A stretch of DNA of 64,000 bases, taken from positions 77,931 to 141,930 of the forward strand of contig JBGCFM010000024.1 of assembly GCA_045106895.1 (NCBI GenBank), read 5' to 3'. Every line of letters starts with the position of its first letter. The stretch's first letter is position 1. The translations under genes and the position numbers were made by a program. Of the stretch, positions 40,325 to 48,736 are shown one piece after another. This DNA is from Polyangiales bacterium. Lineage in GTDB: Bacteria; Myxococcota_A; Polyangia; Polyangiales; Houyiibacteriaceae. The notes beneath the pieces are model-generated. The model searched no databases. It was not told the origin of the DNA and saw only the letters and a list, made by a program, of their open reading frames with translations.

Positions 40325-42360
40325 GCGTCTCTCCGGTTTCCGCCCGCGAGCTCGTTCTTCGATGAGATCTTGATGGTGTAGCTCGCACCCAGGACGTGTT
40401 TTTCGCCGCGGGCCAGTGGAATCTTCCACTCGTAGCCGCCTCGGAGGGTGTCGTCCTTGTTCTTGTAGGGGCTCCACCGGGGCTCGCACTTCACGACGCG
40501 GACCTCGATATCGTCCTCGTCCTCCCGGAGCACGGGGATACGCTCACGCACCTCCAGAAGCGCGTCGGTGTCGATGTAGCTGACCACCTCGACCTCGAGA
40601 TGATGCTCCAGCTCAAGGGACCCACGCAGCATCCCAGCGACGCTCTCCTCGAACTGCACGTTTCGAGCGACCTTGATGCGTTGCTCCACACCGAGGCCGA
40701 GCTTCAGCGTCTCTCCGGGGCCGACCACAGGCATCGCGCGAGCAAGGAGGAAGCGGCCGTCGATGTAGATATCGAGGGGACCGGCGAGGAGTGGGGCCTC
40801 AAGGGGGTTCGCGATGTCGATGAAGCGGAACACCTCTCGGCTCTCGCGCGGAACACATACAAAGCGAGGCGTGCCCTTGGCGTCAGCCACGCTGAGGGAT
40901 GCGCCGACCCAGCTTCCGTCGGATGGAATCGTCGCGTTGCCTTCCACCTCGAAGCTGTAGTCGAAGCCCTCGACGGGGCGCGGCAAGACGTGGCCTGGAG
41001 GCTCGGCTGTCAGTGAGTGGCTGCCCGCGGCTTTCGCTTCGCGTCGCTCGCGCCGGAGCTTTCCCCGGCCCGGATCGCTCGCGGCTGGCATTCGTAAGTT
41101 GCCGAACTGAAGCCATTCATCACCGGGGCGCAGTGGGCCCTCCGCGGACATGGAGTCCATGCCGTCCATCCCGCCAAGCATGGTGTCCTCCATGGCGCCT
41201 TCGGGCTCGCTTCGGCTCGCGCGAACATCGAGCTTCGCCGACAGAGCTCGAGGCGCCGCAGACTTCTTCTTCATTCGCCTGCCCCGGGCCATCGAGCGTG
41301 GTGCTGGCGCGGCGAGCTCCTCGGCGGCTTCGATCATCGGCGCTCCGACGGGCGCTGCTCCACCAAAGCCCGGCGGCGCCTGAGGCGGAGGTGGGGGCGC
41401 GGCGGGTGCGGGAGCCGACATGGGCATCGCCACAGGCTTGGCGGGGGGTCTTGCGGGCTTAGGCGCCGGACGAAAGCCTTGGTCGTAGTCCTGGAAGAGC
41501 ATGTCGACGCCGCTCGGCGGTGGCCGATAACCCTTTGTCGCCGGGGCAGGCTGCCGGCGGCCGATACGAAGTGAACGCAAGACTGGAAGCTCCGCGTGGG
41601 CCTGGGGGATAGCCGTCGAGAGCCGGAGACGTGCCTCGTTCCAGTCCTCGCCGGAGTGCTGCGCGATGAGCGCCCGTGTCTCCAGACGGACTTTGCGCAG
41701 GCCCTCTTCGAGGCGAAGAACATAGGAAGGTCGCCATGACGCCGTAGGAACCATGTACTCCAGCCAAACGGTCCCCGCGTTTCCGTCGAGGCTGAGGTCG
41801 ACGGCTTTGCGCACCTCGTTCTCTCGTGCCGCGACGGCGTTCCCGGCCCGTTTACGCTTCTCTTGGAGGTCTTTGCGTTCTTCAACGGCCAAACGAAGCG
41901 CCTCTGTAAGGGCGGCGCGTTCCTCACGGCGTTGCTCCAGCTGAGCGCGCCGAAAGTCGATGAGTTTGGAGCGCGCGGCGCTGGGGATGGCCACGGGCAC
42001 TTCGCCTTCGGCGCGACCCCGAGGCTTGATCGAGAGCGTCTGCAGGTCCTGGACGATTCGGTCGACGGCGGCGATGCGCGCTTTGGCGATCCGTTCCGCT
42101 TCCATCGCAGCCCGCAGCTCCGTGTCCCGCGCTGGGGTTTCGGCCGCGTCATCGTTTCCGAGGGCGAGCACCACCACCGCTTCGCTGGCCATAGTGCCTT
42201 CCGCTCGAACGCGTAGAGTGCTGTCCACAAGGGAGAGGGGGAGTCCGAGGACTCGGCCCTTCGTCACACCTGCAGAGATCTCAACCTGGCGCCGTACGAT
42301 GGCGCCACGCCGGAAGACGGTCACATCGTCGATGCTCGAAGAAAGGGGCGTCGGCTTCAT
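40321..42360 (-). CDS. DUF4140/DUF4139 (MuiA-like) protein
   Basis: IDDVTVFRRGA, ASWRPSY, QHSGEDW, IPSDG, PLLAGP, LGLG, ERIPV; ATGA overlap with the downstream paralog. Confidence 0.9.
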   Translation of the reverse strand: MKPTPLSSSIDDVTVFRRGAIVRRQVEISAGVTKGRVLGLPLSLVDSTLRVRAEGTMASEAVVVLALGNDDAAETPARDTELRAAMEAERIAKARIAAVDRIVQDLQTLSIKPRGRAEGEVPVAIPSAARSKLIDFRRAQLEQRREERAALTEALRLAVEERKDLQEKRKRAGNAVAARENEVRKAVDLSLDGNAGTVWLEYMVPTASWRPSYVLRLEEGLRKVRLETRALIAQHSGEDWNEARLRLSTAIPQAHAELPVLRSLRIGRRQPAPATKGYRPPPSGVDMLFQDYDQGFRPAPKPARPPAKPVAMPMSAPAPAAPPPPPQAPPGFGGAAPVGAPMIEAAEELAAPAPRSMARGRRMKKKSAAPRALSAKLDVRASRSEPEGAMEDTMLGGMDGMDSMSAEGPLRPGDEWLQFGNLRMPAASDPGRGKLRRERREAKAAGSHSLTAEPPGHVLPRPVEGFDYSFEVEGNATIPSDGSWVGASLSVADAKGTPRFVCVPRESREVFRFIDIANPLEAPLLAGPLDIYIDGRFLLARAMPVVGPGETLKLGLGVEQRIKVARNVQFEESVAGMLRGSLELEHHLEVEVVSYIDTDALLEVRERIPVLREDEDDIEVRVVKCEPRWSPYKNKDDTLRGGYEWKIPLARGEKHVLGASYTIKISSKNELAGGNRRDA

Positions 42361-42401
42361 GCGGAGCAGTCTACCCGATGATCGTCCCCTGCTGGCGACG
42401 T

Positions 42402-44267
42402 CTATTCGGGGGTATCTGGGCTCAGAAGGAACCGCTGAACGTCGATGGGGCCTTCAAGCTCGCCCTCTTCGTTGGGGGTCTGAAGCGCCGCGGCCAACGC
42501 GCGTGCGTGTTCATCTTCGTCGTTCATGGCCAACACATCGTCCATGGCCGCGCGCGCAAACTCGCGGTCACCCCGCTCGGCGTAGAACACAGCGTCTTGA
42601 AAGCGTCGCCAGAACACCTGGGCGCGCGTCTCGGCGTCTCGAACATCGAGGCGCTCCATGAGGTGCTGCCATCGCCGGCTTTGGTCTTCAGCGCCTTCGC
42701 GGCGGTCGTTGTCGCTCGCGTTTGCGCTGACCACCTCGTAGTACGCGCCGCGAGGGACGAGGGTCCCGAAGAGCGTTGGGTCGACGCGAGGATCCAGCTC
42801 CAAAAGCACCGGGCGATCCCCTGCCAGGCTCTGAAGGTCGCTGAGGCGCACGTGGCCCACCATGAGAACTCCTCGCAGCAGGTCGCGCAGCGCGGGTTCC
42901 TCGGCGACAAGGTCGTCCACCATGCCCGGGTAGGGCAGAAGAGGAACCGGAACGAGGGTCACGTCCGGCCGAAGGCGCTCTTCCGCCTCGCCGCCCCAGT
43001 AGCGGAAAATGGTCTGCGGAGAATGAGCGATGACGATGGCTCGGTCCGGGAGGTCGCGACGGATCAAGTCATCGAAGAGGTCGGCGTCGTTGAACCCAGC
43101 GAGGGAGGCTCTCTCGGCGTGCCGTGGGAACTGGCTGGCGCCTCCAAGGGAGAGAAGCACCACCACGGCGACGAGCCACTTGGGCGCCTGTCGGCGTGCG
43201 CCGACGACCATTTGGAAGACCGTCGCGAGGAACGCGCCGGCCATCACCACGAGGGCCATCATCGCGGGGATGAGGTAACCCAAGGCGTCCGGATTATTCC
43301 TCACGAAGCCCAGCCACGCGCGAGCGGAGAGAAAAATCAGCAGGATGAGCGTCCAAATAACGCCGACGCGACGTGTTTTGGCCAAGCGCAGCAAGACGTA
43401 GAGCCCGATAAGAGCGCAGACGAGGAGCCCCACGTGGAGGCTGTCGGCGAGCTGCACGAGCACATCCGCAAAGCGCTCACCCAGCGGCTGAGGGACGCCG
43501 GCGCCCTGGTTTTTTTGGAAGGCCTCGGCGCTCACCGTCCAGTAGAAGCGGCTGAAGCTGTCCGGATGTCCCAAGCGAAGCGCAGCGTCACTGCCGGCGC
43601 GAAGCGGCAGGTAAACGTAGGTGAGGAGACCGGCGAGGCCGGCTGTTGCAGCGAAGCCGAGGCCTCGAAACCCGCGCTCGCGGACCCAGCGGCCCAGCGT
43701 CGCGGCGGCGGCGGGAAGAAGCAGAAGCGCGAGGAGATGGTGGTTCGCCAGGGCCAAACCAAAGACGAAGGCGCCCGCGACGAGAAAGCGTCCTTTGGGC
43801 GGGGGCCACTCTTTCTCAAAGCGGATCAGCTGGCTGATGACGAAAGCGAGGAGCGCGGCTTGAAGTGCGTATACCTCAGGCCGAACCGCTTGAAACCAGA
43901 ACCCAAAGGCGCCGGCGAGCCACCAAGTGGAGCCGATGGCGAGGGGTGTCGCGATCTCTGGCCCGGTGACTTCGAGGTAGGTGCTTCGCGCCGCGCGGTA
44001 GAAAAAGAGCGTGGCGAGGCCCGCACACAGAGCGCTGATGAGCGCCACGCGGAACGCGACGGGACCGATGGGAAGCAGCATCGCCGCGCCATGGACGAGA
44101 CCGGCGAGGGGATGGCCCGGCGGGTGAGCGATGCCGAGGTCCACGGCTTGCGCCACGAAGGTCCCGGAATCGAGCCAATGAGCGGAAGGAGCGCTGGTGG
44201 CCAAATAGACCGCTGTTGGGACGCCAGCTGCGAGCATCGCAGGGCGTGGCCCGTCGCTCCACGTCAT
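42402..44267 (-). CDS. DUF2723 / TMEM260-like GT-C membrane glycosyltransferase
   Basis: WLDSG, LGIAHPPGHPL, FWFQAVRPEVYAL, LANHH, YVYLPLRA; many TM helices. Confidence 0.88.
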   Translation of the reverse strand: MTWSDGPRPAMLAAGVPTAVYLATSAPSAHWLDSGTFVAQAVDLGIAHPPGHPLAGLVHGAAMLLPIGPVAFRVALISALCAGLATLFFYRAARSTYLEVTGPEIATPLAIGSTWWLAGAFGFWFQAVRPEVYALQAALLAFVISQLIRFEKEWPPPKGRFLVAGAFVFGLALANHHLLALLLLPAAAATLGRWVRERGFRGLGFAATAGLAGLLTYVYLPLRAGSDAALRLGHPDSFSRFYWTVSAEAFQKNQGAGVPQPLGERFADVLVQLADSLHVGLLVCALIGLYVLLRLAKTRRVGVIWTLILLIFLSARAWLGFVRNNPDALGYLIPAMMALVVMAGAFLATVFQMVVGARRQAPKWLVAVVVLLSLGGASQFPRHAERASLAGFNDADLFDDLIRRDLPDRAIVIAHSPQTIFRYWGGEAEERLRPDVTLVPVPLLPYPGMVDDLVAEEPALRDLLRGVLMVGHVRLSDLQSLAGDRPVLLELDPRVDPTLFGTLVPRGAYYEVVSANASDNDRREGAEDQSRRWQHLMERLDVRDAETRAQVFWRRFQDAVFYAERGDREFARAAMDDVLAMNDEDEHARALAAALQTPNEEGELEGPIDVQRFLLSPDTPE

Positions 44268-44350
44268 CCATGCAGGGTATCTGGGGGAGGGGCTGTCACG
44301 TCAACTTTCGCGCCCTGGCGCCACCGGCTGAACCAGGCAAAGAAGGACTC

Positions 44351-44992
44351 ATGAGCAAAGTGACGGACGCCTTGGACAGCGCCGCTGGCAAAAAGCGTGA
44401 GAATCGAGCGGCTTACGCCGTGGCTTCCAGCGATGCGGACGAAAAGCGGGCTTGGGCGTCCGCCTTGGAGTCCGGCGAGACGCTGGATTCGCTCATCGAA
44501 GCCAAAGGTCCACCGCGGCTTTACCTCCACGAGGACCAGGAGACGCCACAGTGCAGCATTCACTACCGCGGCTACCGCTGCTGGATCTCAGGTGCTCACG
44601 GCGCCAAAGAAGCGTTGGAAGTCCTCGAAGAGTTCTCGCTTAGCGACCTCTCGCCGGATGTTCGTTGGCACACCGTCCAGGCCGCCATCGACTTGGCCCT
44701 GGAGCTGCGGAGTCCTGGAGCCCCGGAGCTTTCCCTTGAAGAACGAGCGGATCGCGTGGAGCAGCAGGCCATGGCGGCGACGATCCGGCATCACGTGGAG
44801 ACTCCGCTGGAGGGTGCGGCGGCGGTTGGAGTCGCGACGGCGGCGGTTTGGTGCGCGGATCCCCACGTGGCCATCGTCATCGACCGAGGCGGCACTCCTG
44901 CCTTCGCCGCCTGGAGCATGCGGCCCGTGGACGACATCGTTCGCTGGATCGACGAAGGCGAGACGCTCTCCAACGCAGCGATTCTCCCGTAG
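44351..44992 (+). CDS. Hypothetical protein
   Basis: AAGGA RBS before ATG 44351; natural composition. Confidence 0.65.
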   Translation: MSKVTDALDSAAGKKRENRAAYAVASSDADEKRAWASALESGETLDSLIEAKGPPRLYLHEDQETPQCSIHYRGYRCWISGAHGAKEALEVLEEFSLSDLSPDVRWHTVQAAIDLALELRSPGAPELSLEERADRVEQQAMAATIRHHVETPLEGAAAVGVATAAVWCADPHVAIVIDRGGTPAFAAWSMRPVDDIVRWIDEGETLSNAAILP

Positions 44993-45042
44993 GCGCAACA
45001 CGGGGCTGCTTGCACGCTAAATCACGGGCGCTACGTTTCTGG

Positions 45043-46314
45043 ATGCCTCGCTTTCTCTTTGTCGCTCTGGTCATCGCTCTCTCTGGCTGCGGAGACGACG
45101 ATCGTATCGCCGTCGATGTCGGCCCTTTGCCCGATGCAGCGACGGACACTGGGACCCGCGATGTGCCAGCGCCAAGCGATGTCGGGACAGACGTGCCATT
45201 CGACGCAGGCCCTCAGGACTGCGCGTCGATCTTGCGCTCCGATGTGAACTTCCGCCTGAGCGATGAGGGCCTCGCGATTCACCCCGCCGCGGCCTTCGAC
45301 GGCGACGCTCTCTGGCTCACCTACACCATCCGCGAGGGCGAGACCTCGAACTTCGATGTGGTTCTTCGCCGCGTCGCATGTGACGGAAGCACAGGCCCGA
45401 CCGTCGTCGTCAATGCTGGGCCCGCAGGTGAAAGCGACCTCGACAGCGACGTCGCCATCAGCGGCGAGCGCCTCCTCGTGGGCTACCAAAGCGATGACCA
45501 AAGCGGCGAGAACTCTGCGATTCGCCCGTTCGTCCGTGCCTTCGACCTCAGCGGCGCCGCCCTCGGCGAACCCCAAGCCGTGGCTCGAGTCCGCGATGGC
45601 GAGACCATCATGGCTACGAACTGGATGGTTCGCGTCGCCTCGCGACCCGGCGGATTCTGGGTCGCTGGCACCTGGGGCGTCGAAGCGGTCAGCGGTTTCC
45701 GCGGCTACGCATCGCGCCTCGACATGGACGGCGTCGAGCTCGCGCCGGCCACCGACGTCGCCCCCACAGACCAGGTGGAGTCCCAGACCAACCTCGCCAT
45801 CGGCGACGGAGAGACTCCCTTTGTGTCCTGGACCAACTTTGGTGACGCCAGCCAAGTCGCCAGCGCTCCCATCGGCGGAGACGTCACGGAGTTCGAGAGT
45901 GGAAGCATCACTGAGGATTACCCGGCCCTCTCCGGCGAGCTGCTCTCGCTCCAGTCCGGCGGCGGCTCGCGCCTCAGTATTCAGGTGCACAACTTAGTCA
46001 CCGGCGCGACAGCGAGCATCGGCGGAATCTCCGATGCCAACGCCTTCTCGGACATCGCGGGCACTCCTGACGCCTTCGCCATCGTATGGCTGCGTCAGAT
46101 CAGCGGCACCCGAAATGACGTCTTTGTGGCGAGCGGCAGTGAAAGCGGAGGTGTCATGACCTTGTCCGCGCCCGTCGCCATCGACACCAGCGCCGACGCC
46201 GCAGCCTACCCGCCCTTCATCGTGGCCCTCGGCGAGGGTCGCTACTTCGTGGGCTGGACCCAGGTTGTCATGAGCCCGGACTTCCAGGTCCACGGCCGCA
46301 TCGTCGAGTTCTAG
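45043..46314 (+). CDS. Lipoprotein with beta-propeller-like extracellular domain
   Basis: MPRFLFVALVIALSGC-GDDD lipobox; acidic linker; repeated P....,V.W beta strands. Confidence 0.8.
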   Translation: MPRFLFVALVIALSGCGDDDRIAVDVGPLPDAATDTGTRDVPAPSDVGTDVPFDAGPQDCASILRSDVNFRLSDEGLAIHPAAAFDGDALWLTYTIREGETSNFDVVLRRVACDGSTGPTVVVNAGPAGESDLDSDVAISGERLLVGYQSDDQSGENSAIRPFVRAFDLSGAALGEPQAVARVRDGETIMATNWMVRVASRPGGFWVAGTWGVEAVSGFRGYASRLDMDGVELAPATDVAPTDQVESQTNLAIGDGETPFVSWTNFGDASQVASAPIGGDVTEFESGSITEDYPALSGELLSLQSGGGSRLSIQVHNLVTGATASIGGISDANAFSDIAGTPDAFAIVWLRQISGTRNDVFVASGSESGGVMTLSAPVAIDTSADAAAYPPFIVALGEGRYFVGWTQVVMSPDFQVHGRIVEF

Positions 46315-46901
46315 CGCTGCACCTTCGCCCGCGTGATAGCGAGCTGAATCAAAACGATGCTCAACACGAGGAGCGCGATCCCGGGCAGGATGAAGTAGAG
46401 ATGTGTCTCCGAGAACAAGCTGGACGTCTCCAGGTCTACGGGGCGACTGCCATAAGGAAGTGAGCTATAGCCAGCGCGGACTCTGTAGAACTGCAGCGGC
46501 CACACAAAGGGTTTTAGAATCAGGGCAACGGCCGCGAAGGGGGCAAATGCCGCCGCGCTCCGAACCCACCGGCCCCAGTAGAAGGACGCGGCTCCGCCGG
46601 CGACGAGAACCGCGGCTGCGAGCGGGTGAATCGAGTCGACGACCCTTACTCCTAGGTGCGCGCGTTCGTTCGCGATGGTCTCGGTGAGAAAGAGCTGGAG
46701 AAAGAAGAAGCCAGCGCCCGTTAGCGCCACTCCCAAGAGCGCGCCAACCCACTTGGTGACGGCCTTTGGGATTCGCTCCCGTAGCTTCCGCGCGGCTTCG
46801 CCGGTGAATGCCAGCAAGAGCATGATGGCTGCCACCACGCAGATCCCAATGGCGACCTCTTCCGAGACGGGGATCCTGACGCCGAAGTGTGGATGGATCA
46901 T
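46311..46901 (-). CDS. Hypothetical multi-pass membrane protein, downstream of the radical SAM gene
   Basis: About 5 hydrophobic helices; same strand as the rSAM gene, 54 bp after its stop. Confidence 0.65.
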   Translation of the reverse strand: MIHPHFGVRIPVSEEVAIGICVVAAIMLLLAFTGEAARKLRERIPKAVTKWVGALLGVALTGAGFFFLQLFLTETIANERAHLGVRVVDSIHPLAAAVLVAGGAASFYWGRWVRSAAAFAPFAAVALILKPFVWPLQFYRVRAGYSSLPYGSRPVDLETSSLFSETHLYFILPGIALLVLSIVLIQLAITRAKVQR

Positions 46902-46955
46902 GCGTTCACATACGGGAGCCACGAGCGCTTCTTCCCTCTGTCCTCGTTGAACAGC

Positions 46956-48272
46956 CTAGGCGATGACGCGAAGCCGCTTTTTGGCATCTTCGGTTTCCCA
47001 GACGCCGCCGCTTTGCCACTTGAGCGCCATTACCTCTGCCACGGGGCGGCCCAGGATCGTGGCGTCTGCACCTGGGGGAGGCGCGTCGATCACGACCGTC
47101 TCGAATCGGCCGTGGTCAAAGGGGTCACCTGCCGCTGCTTCCACGCGGCGCAGGACCTCGTGTTTGCCGTCCGCTTCGTAGGTGAGCGCACGGTGAATGC
47201 AATAGGGGTTATTGCCTGGACGCCCCATGATCACCTGGGCTGTCCACGTGCATCCGCCTTTGCAGATGTCCGCGTAGTAGCAGGTGCCGCAGAAGCCCCA
47301 GAGGTCTTCCTTGGTTCGCTCGGCGATGAAGGTGATGCGCTCCGAGCCTTCCATGACCTCGGCGACGGGCGAAGTGCGCGCGTTTCCGCCTGCGAAGTCC
47401 TCCGTGGGCAACGAGGGGCAGGCCTTGATGGTGCCATCGGCTTCCACGCCCATGCAGTCTTTGCCTGCACCACAGCCGCCCCAGTGCGTGCCTTCTTTGC
47501 CGCCGAAACGAATGGCCTCTTCGTATTCACCGAAGTAGCCGATGTTGTTTCCAGGGAAGACATCGATGTTCGCCGGCGTGAGCTTCTCCTTCTTGAGCCA
47601 GGCGATGAGCGGAAAGAGCTCCAACAGATCGTAAGGCTGAAGAAGCAGCTCCGGCCGGTCTGCGGCGCGTCCCATCGGGACGGTGAGCTGAAGCTGCCAG
47701 GCTTCGACGCCTAGCTCGATGAGGAGGTCGGCGAGGGCCGGCAGCTCCGGCATGGAGAGCCGGTTGATCTGCGAGTTGACCCCAAGGCGAATGCCGGACG
47801 CTTGCACACGCTTCGCTGCAGCCACGGCGTTGCGAAAGGAGTCGCTCGTGCCGCGCTGAAGGTTGTGCGTGCGCTCGAGCCCATCGATGCTCATGGAGAT
47901 GCCGCTCACCCCCGCGGCCACGGCACGGTCGATGCGCTCTTGGTTAAACCCGCGTCCGCCCGTCGTGATGCCGCAGGAGATGCCCGCGTCGACGATGGCT
48001 TTCGCGATGATGTCCCAGTCTTCACGCAGGTAGGCTTCGCCGCCGATGAGCGTGACCTCGAGCATGCCCATCTCCGCCAGCTGACGAACAACGTCGAGGC
48101 ACTCTTCGGTGCTCAGTTCGTCTTCACGCGCTTTGCCTGCCCGAGAGCCGCAGTGTCTACAACCAAGGTCGCAGGCGAGGGTGATCTCCCAAACGCAGTA
48201 GCGAACGCCCGGCGCGTTACCATTTCGCACCAGCTCTCGTGCGTCCTCGGTACGCTGAATGTCTTCGTTCAC
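46956..48272 (-). CDS. Radical SAM/SPASM peptide maturase, PlpX/splicease-like
   Basis: VWEITLACDLGCRHCGSRAG (CxxxCxxC), LIGGEAYLREDW, QLTVPMGRAAD, LLQPY, PGNNIGYFG; SPASM CGAG...CPSL...LWGFCGTCYYADICKGGCTWTA...GNNPYCIHRA, PFDHGRF. GTG start overlaps the upstream stop. Confidence 0.92.
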   Translation of the reverse strand: MNEDIQRTEDARELVRNGNAPGVRYCVWEITLACDLGCRHCGSRAGKAREDELSTEECLDVVRQLAEMGMLEVTLIGGEAYLREDWDIIAKAIVDAGISCGITTGGRGFNQERIDRAVAAGVSGISMSIDGLERTHNLQRGTSDSFRNAVAAAKRVQASGIRLGVNSQINRLSMPELPALADLLIELGVEAWQLQLTVPMGRAADRPELLLQPYDLLELFPLIAWLKKEKLTPANIDVFPGNNIGYFGEYEEAIRFGGKEGTHWGGCGAGKDCMGVEADGTIKACPSLPTEDFAGGNARTSPVAEVMEGSERITFIAERTKEDLWGFCGTCYYADICKGGCTWTAQVIMGRPGNNPYCIHRALTYEADGKHEVLRRVEAAAGDPFDHGRFETVVIDAPPPGADATILGRPVAEVMALKWQSGGVWETEDAKKRLRVIA

Positions 48273-48682
48273 TTTTTACGTTTGGGTGCGATGCCATACA
48301 ACGCGACGACCCCAGGTCGCTCTACGGGATCCTCAAAGCGATCGGGGTCTTCCGGCTCTGGGTCGGGGTTGGAGGCTTCTGGCTCTGGCTGGGGCTCTGG
48401 CTCTGGCTCTGGCTGGGGCTCGGGCTGCGGAGCCGGCTCTGGAGCGGGGGTGGGCTGCTCGATGACTGGTTCGTTCGTCGGCTCCTCAGCTTGCGGCGTC
48501 GATCCCCCACACGCCATCGCGAAGAGCGAGGCCGCAAGAAGTCCTCCGCGACGTCCGCCCTGTGCTTTTCGGTCGCAGAACGGACACGAGGTCTTGGAGG
48601 GGGTCGCGCTTGCGTGAACATGTCGGCGGCAGCGCGTGCAACGCGTCAGTCCATCGACTGAAACTCGTTTATCTACAGTCAT
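48269..48682 (-). CDS. Putative rSAM substrate (precursor 1): Zn-ribbon / RR-lipobox / PE stalk / C-terminal ALYGIAPKRKK
   Basis: GGAGA RBS; CTRC...CPFC; RRGGLLAASLFAMAC; (PE/PQ)n; the single Tyr lies in an LYG motif; GTGA overlap with the rSAM gene. Confidence 0.85.
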   Translation of the reverse strand: MTVDKRVSVDGLTRCTRCRRHVHASATPSKTSCPFCDRKAQGGRRGGLLAASLFAMACGGSTPQAEEPTNEPVIEQPTPAPEPAPQPEPQPEPEPEPQPEPEASNPDPEPEDPDRFEDPVERPGVVALYGIAPKRKK

Positions 48683-48736
48683 CGAAGGTATCTCCAGCTG
48701 GGCATACCCAAGCTACGTTTGTGTTCAGAAAACGGT

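Noticed and set aside
42378..44354. 658-aa plus-strand ORF, and similar long antisense ORFs (30178-31446, 32176-33654, 54998-56314, 61663-63120)
   Set aside because: These are shadow frames typical of high-GC DNA; each lies opposite a gene with clear family motifs and has no motifs of its own.
46440..46470. PYG in the downstream membrane protein (and TPYG in the 17.5-kb lipoprotein) as extra splicease sites
   Set aside because: They lack the shared A-x-YG-x-AP context, the C-terminal position and the Cys leader; likely chance.
46956..48272. Annotation as PqqE, NirJ/AhbD heme-biosynthesis or anaerobic sulfatase maturase
   Set aside because: No pqq, nir/ahb or sulfatase genes are nearby. The coupled YG-tailed small proteins and family-specific motifs point to a peptide/protein maturase.
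48350..48445. Short tandem repeats (ggctct/ggctcc), also near 48815-48845 and 17625-17725, as a CRISPR array or non-coding VNTR
   Set aside because: They are in-frame codon repeats for Pro-Glu or DAGP linkers; there are no unique spacers or cas genes.
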